A model generated the notes under the pieces. The model ran no database searches and was not told the origin of the DNA. It saw only the letters and a list, made by a program, of their open reading frames with translations. Below, in pieces: positions 26,840 to 34,300 of a DNA stretch of 64,000 bases. The stretch comes from Chthoniobacterales bacterium (GTDB lineage Bacteria; Verrucomicrobiota; Verrucomicrobiia; Chthoniobacterales; JACTMZ01): assembly GCA_018402585.1 (NCBI GenBank), contig JAGYIO010000003.1, positions 140,386 to 204,385 of the forward strand, read 5' to 3'. Position 1 is the stretch's first letter. Every line of letters begins with the position of its first letter. The position numbers were made by a program, and so were the translations under genes.

Positions 26840-27028
26840 TCAGCTTTTGTACGGTTGCTTCTTCTTGATTTCCTGCAACTCCGCAACGCCGCGGCTCTTC
26901 AAATAGCCTTTGCCCGTCTTGGCGTAAACGGGCTCCGCGCTGAATTGATCCTGAATCGCCAAACCCTCGCGCAGGACCCGCTGAAATACCGGATTCTCCA
27001 ACATCTCCGGATTGATCACCGGCTTCAT
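26840..27028 (-). CDS. Hypothetical small protein (62 aa), first gene of the orphan pair
   Basis: MKPVINPEMLENPVFQRVLREGLAIQDQFSAEPVYAKTGKGYLKSRGVAELQEIKKKQPYKS. It is tightly coupled to the downstream ORF, and no family was recognised. Confidence 0.45.
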   Translation of the reverse strand: MKPVINPEMLENPVFQRVLREGLAIQDQFSAEPVYAKTGKGYLKSRGVAELQEIKKKQPYKS

Positions 27029-27158
27029 GGCTGAACTATACCATCACTCCATCCTCCACGCAAAGCCCCCATCCGTCTCCTCTCCGCGCCATCCGCAGTT
27101 CCCCTCCCAACCCCACCCGCGATTGACACCCCTCTCACTCCTCAAAGACACTCCCCCG

Positions 27159-27971
27159 ATGCCCATCCTGCATTTCCAAAAGATGAACGGCGCCGGCAAT
27201 GACTTCGTCCTGCTCGACAACCGCGACGGTTCACTCTCCCTCACCGACACTCAAATCGCCCGCCTTTGCCACCGCCACCGCGGCGTCGGGGCCGACGGAC
27301 TCCTCCTCGTGGAAAAGCCCGAAGCCCAAGCCGACTTCCGCATGCGTTATTACAACGCCGACGGCCGCGAAGCCGAGATGTGCGGCAACGGCGCCCGCTG
27401 CTTTGCCCGATTCGTCCACCAACTCGCGCCCGCCAAGAACGGCACCGTCACCTTTGAAACCCCGGCCGGCCTCATCTCCGCCACCCTGCGCGGCGACCAA
27501 GTCTCCCTCGGCATGAGTCAACCCGGTCCCTGCGCCCCTGGCGTGGAACTCGACGCTGCCGGAAAAGCACTCACCGTCTACTCGATCCATACCGGCGTCC
27601 CGCACGCCGTGGTCCTGGTCGACGACCTGGACGGCACCGACGTCCATCCGCTCGGCGCCGCCCTCCGCCATCACCATCACTTCCAACCCCGCGGGACCAA
27701 CGTCAATTTTGTCCGCCAGCTCGGACCCCAAGACCTCGCCATCCGCACCTACGAGCGCGGCGTCGAAGCCGAAACCCTGGCCTGCGGCACCGGCGTGGTC
27801 GCCGCCGCCCTGACCATCGCCACCCTCACCGGCGCCGAGTCCCCCCTCCGCGTGCTGGTCAAAGGCGGCGACACCCTGAGCGTTGATTTCCTCCCCGCCA
27901 AGGAAGGCTTCTCCCACGTCATCCTGACCGGCCCCGCCGATTTCGTCTTCAAAGGCGAGATACCAGTCTGA
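27159..27971 (+). CDS. dapF: Diaminopimelate epimerase
   Basis: MPILHFQKMNGAGNDFVLLDNR, EMCGNGARC and ETLACGTG provide the two catalytic Cys contexts. The start is moved to ATG 27159, because the track extension from 27012 is P/S-rich and unlike DapF. Confidence 0.93.
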   Translation: MPILHFQKMNGAGNDFVLLDNRDGSLSLTDTQIARLCHRHRGVGADGLLLVEKPEAQADFRMRYYNADGREAEMCGNGARCFARFVHQLAPAKNGTVTFETPAGLISATLRGDQVSLGMSQPGPCAPGVELDAAGKALTVYSIHTGVPHAVVLVDDLDGTDVHPLGAALRHHHHFQPRGTNVNFVRQLGPQDLAIRTYERGVEAETLACGTGVVAAALTIATLTGAESPLRVLVKGGDTLSVDFLPAKEGFSHVILTGPADFVFKGEIPV

Positions 27972-28111
27972 GCCTGAAGTGGCCTCGGCATCCTGCCGAT
28001 CATCCCCAAAACCACACACCTCCCCCTCCCCGAGGACACGGGCAAACTCCCCAAACCCGAACCTTGCCGCTTGTCATCAACTCCATGGTTAAGGTTTAGT
28101 TTCCTTCCACC

Positions 28112-28990
28112 ATGTTCGCCGGAACCTACACCGCCCTCGTTACCCCCTTCCGCCACGGCCAAGTCGATTACCACGGCTTCCGCCAACTGATCGAAGCCCA
28201 AATCGCCGGCGGGGTGGACGGCATCGTTCCGGTCGGCACGACCGGCGAATCCCCCACCCTTTCCCACGACGAACACCGCGAGGTGATCAAAGCCGCCGTG
28301 GAGATCGCCGCCGGACGGATCAAAGTCGTCGGCGGCACCGGCTCCAACGCCACGGACGAAGCCATCGCCCTGACCCAAGACGCCGAAAATGCCGGTGCGG
28401 ACGGCGCCCTCGTCGTTGCCCCCTATTACAACAAACCCACGCCCGAAGGCCTTTACCGCCACTTCTGCGCCATCGCCGAAGCCACCAAACTCCCGATCAT
28501 TCTCTACAGCATTCCCGGCCGCTGCGGCGTGGAGATCGGCGTGCCCGTGGTGGCCCGCCTTGCCCAAGATTGCCCGAACATCGTGGCGATCAAAGAAGCC
28601 GGCGGCACGGTCGAACGCGTCAGCCAGCTCCGCCAGGCCGTCCCCGACGTTTTCGAAATCATCTCCGGTGACGACTCGCTCACCCTCCCCTTTATCTCGG
28701 TCGGTGCGGTCGGCGTGATCAGCGTGGCCTCCAATCTCGCCCCCGCCCAAGTCAGCGAACTCGTCCGCGCCGCGCGTGACGGACAAATGACCCGCGCCGA
28801 ACAACTCCACCGCCGCCTCTACCCGCTCTTCAAAAACCTTTTTATCGAAAGCAATCCCTCCCCCAGCAAATACGCCCTCTCCCTCACCCTGGGCCTCTCG
28901 CCCGAAGTGCGTCTCCCGCTGGTCGAAATGACCGAAGAAAACCGCCAACTCATCCGCGCCACCCTCGCCGATCTCGACCTCCTGCCATGA
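28112..28990 (+). CDS. dapA: 4-hydroxy-tetrahydrodipicolinate synthase
   Basis: Motifs present: GTYTALVTPF, VPVGTTGESPTLSHDEH, YNKPTPEGLYRHF and AIKEAGG (with the Schiff-base Lys). Confidence 0.95.
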   Translation: MFAGTYTALVTPFRHGQVDYHGFRQLIEAQIAGGVDGIVPVGTTGESPTLSHDEHREVIKAAVEIAAGRIKVVGGTGSNATDEAIALTQDAENAGADGALVVAPYYNKPTPEGLYRHFCAIAEATKLPIILYSIPGRCGVEIGVPVVARLAQDCPNIVAIKEAGGTVERVSQLRQAVPDVFEIISGDDSLTLPFISVGAVGVISVASNLAPAQVSELVRAARDGQMTRAEQLHRRLYPLFKNLFIESNPSPSKYALSLTLGLSPEVRLPLVEMTEENRQLIRATLADLDLLP

Positions 28991-29730
28991 GCACCCCTCT
29001 TCGCCTCTGCATCCACGGCGCCCAAGGCCGCATGGGCCAAGCCCTCATCCGCTGCGCGGCCGAAGATCCGGAACTTGAAGTGACCGCCACGGTCGACACG
29101 GACGATAATTTCTCCGCCGCGCTCACGGAGTGCGATGCGGTGATCGACTTCTCCGCCATCCAGATCACCAGTCAGGTGGCCAAAGCCTGCGCCGAGGCCG
29201 GCAAAGTCCTCGTCATCGGCACGACCGGACACGAACTCGCCGAGCGTGAGCTGATCAAGCAAGCCGCAGCCAAGATCCCGCTCGTCTTTTCCCCGAACTA
29301 CAGCGTCGGCGTGAACACCCTTTTCTGGCTCACCCGCAAAGCCGCCGAAATCCTTGGCTCCGACTTCGACCTTGAAGTGGTCGAAATGCATCACCGCCTG
29401 AAAAAAGATGCCCCCTCCGGCACCGCCCGCCACCTCGCCGAGATCCTCGCCGAAGTCCGCCAACTCGACTACGCCGAGTCCGCCCGCCACGGCCGCGCCG
29501 GCCTGGTCGGCGAACGCGCGAACGACGAAATCGGCGTCCACGCCATCCGCGGCGGCGACGTGGTCGGAGACCACACCGTGATCTACGCCGCCCCCGGCGA
29601 ACGCCTCGAACTCACCCACAAAGCCTCCAGCCGCGACACCTTCGCCCGCGGCGCCCTCCGCGCGGCCAAGTGGGCCAGCAAGCAACCGGCCGGTCTTTAT
29701 GACATGCAGGATGTGCTCGGCCTCAAGTAA
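28987..29730 (+). CDS. dapB: 4-hydroxy-tetrahydrodipicolinate reductase
   Basis: Motifs present: GAQGRMGQAL, VIGTTG, FSPNYSVGVN, EMHHRLKKDAPSGTA and IRGGDVVGDHTV. ATGA overlap with dapA. Confidence 0.93.
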   Translation: MSTPLRLCIHGAQGRMGQALIRCAAEDPELEVTATVDTDDNFSAALTECDAVIDFSAIQITSQVAKACAEAGKVLVIGTTGHELAERELIKQAAAKIPLVFSPNYSVGVNTLFWLTRKAAEILGSDFDLEVVEMHHRLKKDAPSGTARHLAEILAEVRQLDYAESARHGRAGLVGERANDEIGVHAIRGGDVVGDHTVIYAAPGERLELTHKASSRDTFARGALRAAKWASKQPAGLYDMQDVLGLK

Positions 29731-29751
29731 CCCGTAGCGTCGCCTTCCCCA

Positions 29752-29923
29752 GCGACAACCACTTCAGATCAGACTTGGTGGATCGCGATGTCCCACTCGC
29801 GATTTTCTTCACTTCACCTCGCGCCGGGGACGGCGCGATCCACCTTCCGCAACTACTCCTCCCGAACTTCCAAGCGCAGGAACTTCTGCGCTTCTCCCGG
29901 CAAGACCGGCACTGTCGCGCGGC
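29752..29923. repeat. ~171-bp direct repeat, copy A, containing a relic protein C-terminus
   Basis: It aligns by eye at roughly 80% with 31132-31302. The minus strand of 29853-29918 encodes ATVPVLPGEAQKFLRLEVREE*. The S8 protease C-terminus is ATAPVLPGERQKFLRLEVGEN*. Confidence 0.7.
29782..29810 (+). terminator. Candidate intrinsic terminator downstream of dapB
   Basis: ATCGCGA-tgtcccac-TCGCGAT is followed by TTTTCTTC. The same hairpin with a T-run occurs in repeat copy B at 31163-31188. Confidence 0.4.
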
Positions 29924-29936
29924 CGCAGATCGCGGA

Positions 29937-30926
29937 CTACCCTTTCTCCGGTTCTTTGCGTTTGAGAAAATCGAGGGCCGCGCGGAAACGCTCTTCGTTC
30001 TCCGGCGACGAAGCAGCCAAGGCTTCGTGCGCCTCGACCATGGTGCCTCGCTTGTATTCTTTGGTGGCGGCGAGAGCCAAGTTCTCCATTTCGTCCCGGG
30101 CCGGCGGAGCCGCTTCGAAGCCTTGGAAAGCCAGCACCCGGTCCAAGCCGTAGCGACTGAAAAGCGCTTCGACCTTGGCGTTGACCCGCGTGAAACCGAT
30201 GCGACCGCGCGGATCCTCACGCAGACGCAGGGCCAAACCGGTCAGGATGCCGAGGAAGGTCGAGTCCATCATCTCGCACCCCTGCAGATCGAAAGCAAAC
30301 GACCGGTGGCCGGCCTCGAACATCTGTTCGGTATGGGCGCGCAGGGTCGCACCGTTCTGAAAGGTGCCGTGACCGTCGACCCGCAGCCAAACCGTGCCAC
30401 GAGTGACCAGTGTCCGCGTTTCGGCGGCCCGCAGCGCAGGACGGAATGTGGCCAGCGCTTGCTGACGCAGGACTTCACGGTCGTATTCCTTCCTCGGCTC
30501 AACCCGGAGCACCGGCAAGTCCGCCTTGGCCAGTGCCATATCGAAAAACTCGGCATCCACATGGTGACGCGGTTCGCCACGGTCAAACTCAATCACGCCG
30601 ACGATTTGTCCGTTGTCCGGCGTGCAGACCACGAAGTCGGCATGCTCCAAGCGGAGGCGGGCCAGTGCGCCGTGACGCCAGGCCGCGAAGGCGGCAGGGG
30701 AAGGGCGGACCACGTCAGCCAGACTGACCTTGGCAAATATTTCAAACTCGGGAGAGAGTGCGCGCCGCGCCGTGGCCACAAAACGCTTCTCCTCCTCATC
30801 CAAAAGCGCAGCAGCCTTGCTGTAAGACACCGACTTTGTCCCGCGCCGCCGCCATCCACGCAGCCCCCAGATCAACCCTGCGGTGATGGCCGCGCCGAGC
30901 AGGAGACCTAAAGCAAAAAACGTCAC
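29937..30926 (-). CDS. Membrane-anchored DUF2726 (PD-(D/E)xK/NERD-like) plus STAS domain fusion protein
   Basis: There is an N-terminal TM (FFALGLLLGAAITAGLIWGL). The DUF2726-like pattern is LLDEEEKRFVATARRAL...FAKVSLADVV...ADFVVCTPDNGQIVGVIEFD...ADLPVLRV. The STAS-like part is FAFDLQGCEMMDSTFLGILTGLALRL...VNAKVEALFSRYGLDRVL. Confidence 0.7.
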   Translation of the reverse strand: MTFFALGLLLGAAITAGLIWGLRGWRRRGTKSVSYSKAAALLDEEEKRFVATARRALSPEFEIFAKVSLADVVRPSPAAFAAWRHGALARLRLEHADFVVCTPDNGQIVGVIEFDRGEPRHHVDAEFFDMALAKADLPVLRVEPRKEYDREVLRQQALATFRPALRAAETRTLVTRGTVWLRVDGHGTFQNGATLRAHTEQMFEAGHRSFAFDLQGCEMMDSTFLGILTGLALRLREDPRGRIGFTRVNAKVEALFSRYGLDRVLAFQGFEAAPPARDEMENLALAATKEYKRGTMVEAHEALAASSPENEERFRAALDFLKRKEPEKG

Positions 30927-31131
30927 AACAGTTTGCTAACTCCCCGTATAACCCCTTATCAAGGCCCGAATACGCCCCTGCGGCGGGAGTGCCTTTCCCC
31001 TTCCCTGCCTCTCCGCGCAGCAGACCTGCCCTCGGGCACCACCCCCGTAATCTCCGGGCCCCCCGGCGGCTCGCCTCGAACGCCCCGACAAAGCATCGAG
31101 CCGCGACACCTCCGCGCAAGACACCCTCCTC

Positions 31132-31302
31132 GGCAACAACCGTTTCAGATCAGACCTGATGGATCGCGATGTCCCGCTCGCGATTTTTCCACTTTACTCC
31201 CGCGGGGGACAGCATGATCCACCTTCAGCAACTAGTTTTCCCCAACTTCCAAACGCAGGAACTTTTGCCGCTCCCCAGGCAAGACCGGCGCAGTGGCGCG
31301 GC
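31132..31302. repeat. ~171-bp direct repeat, copy B (the 3' end of the S8 protease gene plus downstream sequence)
   Basis: See 29752-29923. This copy includes the last ~22 codons and the stop codon (31232-31234) of the 1872-aa gene. Confidence 0.7.
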
Positions 31303-34300
31303 GTATTTCATAGTCACCGTGATCGCTGACCAACTCATCGGTCACACCGTCGGCCGACCAATTGCTCGTGTTGAGATCATTCTTCCAGACTACACGTCCG
31401 CTCACGCCGTTGAGTGATTTGCTGCGACGATAATCCAGATGGAAGCTCGTTGCGGTCGGCGCACCAATGACCATGGCTCCCGCCGCATTGCCGCCCGGTT
31501 GCAGGCCAAAGAAATATTCCGCCAAATTCACCAGACCGTTGCCGTCCGGATCCGCACCCGGAGATGCGTCAGACAAGCCGGCCGACCAATCCCCGAAGCT
31601 GACTCCCTGCACGGTCAACGTCCCGGGGAAATAGAAAATCGAGTAATTCGCCGGATTGAACGCCCCGCCGGCGGCAGCTGATGGCGTGAGCGTGTAGACA
31701 CCCGCCGCATCATTGGCCGCCGTGCCGCCATTGGCGGCCAGAGTGACCGAACCAATCGTCTCCCCGTCGGCCAAACCCGAGGCGCTGAAGGCGGTCTGCC
31801 CGGGCCCAAGCGGTAATGACTCGCCGAACGGTTTACTTTGATCAAGAGCGGTGATGTTCAGCCCGCGCGGCCGCACTTCGCTTTCGGGCATGGCCATGAC
31901 CGCCGGAGCGGCTCCCGCCGTGGTACACGTGATGTCACCCGAGTAAAACCCGACTGGCATGCCTGCCGCCAAACGGATGAAAACCACGGTCGGCGCCAGT
32001 TCACCCGCCCCACCGAGTGCCGCAGTCGGCGCATAGCCCGTCGTGCCATCCTCGCTGAGCGACAACTCAAAGCCGGTGGGTGGGGTGATGGTGATGCTTT
32101 CTTGCAAATCACTGCCGGCCACGAGGAACGAGGTCTGCGTCAGCGAGGGAAGCCCATAGGTGGCAATCTGGACGGAGGGCTGGCCGGAAAGCGCAATTTC
32201 CGGAGCCGGTCCCGCGGCGGCATCGGTAATGAGCAGATTGTCGATGTTGGCGCGGCGGTTACTAGAACCGGAGCTACCCGCTCTGATACGCACGCGCGCT
32301 GGGCCAGAAATATTCACAGCGGCGGAGAAAGTGGCTACCTCGGCACCGGCCGTGAATCGTCCGGCTTCGGTCCATACCCCACCTGCATTGGTGCTGTATT
32401 CCACGATCCACGGGATCTGCGTGTCCGACCCATAGCGCCGATGCTGAAAACTGATAGTCCCGATACCTCCTAGTTTGTCGTTCAGCATGACCATCTCGGA
32501 GGTGCCATAGCCTCGCAGGCGGGCGGATCTCAGGCCGTTTTTGAATTCGGTCTGCTCCGTGCCGATCAGCACCTCCGTCATGCTCCACGTCAACCCGTTG
32601 AGCATATCGGTTCCAGCGGCATAACCAGCTTTGCTCCCATCCTCAAAATCGACGAGGTAGCTCGTCCCCCCGGATGCGTTAATCGTCAAATTCAGCACCG
32701 CTTGTCCACTGCCAGCGGCATTGGAAGCCGTGAGAGTGACCGCAAAGCCTCCCGTTTGCGCGGGCACGCCGGAGATCAATCCGGTCGCGGGCACAATGTT
32801 CAATCCCGATGGCAGCCCGGTGGCGGCAAAAGTGTTGGGGTTGTTGCTGGCCGTGATCTGGTAATTGAAGGACTGACCCACCACAGCAACTGCCGTCGAT
32901 GCGCTGTCAATGACGGGAGTTGCCGCCGAGCTGGCGGAATTGCGCGGCGCGGGCGGCCCGGCCGAAAAATCCGCACCGTTGTCTCCCGTGTCCATGGCTC
33001 CGCCTCCGGCACGGAAGATAGCAGTGGTCGCCGAAGGCGACGGAGCCGCCGCCGATCCTTCGTAAGCATTAGCCGCCCCGAAACCAACAAAGTCCTGCAG
33101 CCCGCTTTGTCCGACCGGCGAGGAACCCATGAAGAGCGCCGTGGTGTTGCGCAGGGCGACCTTGCCCTGCGTGGCACTCATCCTAATGGCACCAGTTAGG
33201 TCGGGTGTGGGCAACGCGGCACCCGTGGATCCGCCCGAGAGCCTGACGAGGAAATACCCACCGGGCGCGATCGTGCCGACCAGATCCACCTTCGTGCTCC
33301 AACTGGTTCCCGAAGCCGAGGAGTATTGCAGGCTCCAGCCCGCGAGATTGACGGCTGATCCGCTCCGGTTGTGCAGTTCGACATAGTCCGCATTGTAAAC
33401 CGCCCCGTTGTTGCCACCCGCGCCATAGATCTGGCTGATTAAAACCGGTGACTCCACGATCGTGAAACTCGTTGAACTGGTCGCCACACCGAGTGGAGTG
33501 ACGACACTTAGCGGACCGGAAGTGGTGCCCGCGGGCGCGACCGCGGTGATTTGCGTGGCGGAGTCCAAAGTGTAAGCAGTGGCATTCACACCGTTGAATC
33601 GCACGGCGGACACATTGGCGAAGTTGACTCCAGTAATGGTCACGCTCTCGCCCGCCGCCCCACTGGCGGGGCTGAACGCTGCAATCGATGGCGCACCATT
33701 CCCGACGAGCACGGCTACGGTCGACGGCACCGTGGTCGTCGAAAGATTGCCGTTGTCCCACGCCCGCGCGGCCAGCGCATAGGTCCCGGCCGCGGGCGGT
33801 GTCCACGTTGCGGTATAAGGCGAGACGCTGCCGGCGGCCACAATCTGTCCGTCGACGAGAAATTCCACGCGGTCGATGACCCGCGGCGATCCGTCCTCGA
33901 GTTCGCCAGAGGCGGTGGCGGTGGCGGACAAAGTCAGCGGCTGCCCGGAGGCGACCACGGTGCCGCCTGTTGGCGTATTGAGCGTGACCACAGGCGGTTG
34001 GCCGCCGTCGCCACAGCAACTCGACTGCACCGTGGTTATATCCAGCCGCCACCCGCCGGAGATCGAGCCAGCGTCTTGGGCGGCACGATCCACGACATAG
34101 AGCGCCCAGTTTCCGTTGGCTGAACCACCGTTGAAGGGGGAAAGAGCCGCGCCGTAGGGCACTGCAGGGGCCGGAGACGGCAAACTGCTGGACACACCTG
34201 TGGGCCGGAAAATGCCCGAAGTGATCGACGAACCGACAGACGCTGTCGCTTCGTCATCGAAGGTGATGGTGGCATTGACCGCATCCGTTCCTCCGCCAAC

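Noticed and set aside
27972-28111. Lysine riboswitch (L-box) upstream of dapA
   Set aside because: The 140-nt leader is too short and lacks the conserved L-box helices and motifs. Only a small TCGGC/GCCGA hairpin after dapF is present.
29853-29939. Stop-codon read-through joining the DUF2726-STAS ORF to the in-frame relic ...ATVPVLPGEAQKFLRLEVREE
   Set aside because: The shared frame has a 1-in-3 chance of arising by coincidence. The relic aligns with the end of a different protein family, and nothing suggests a recoding signal at the TAG.
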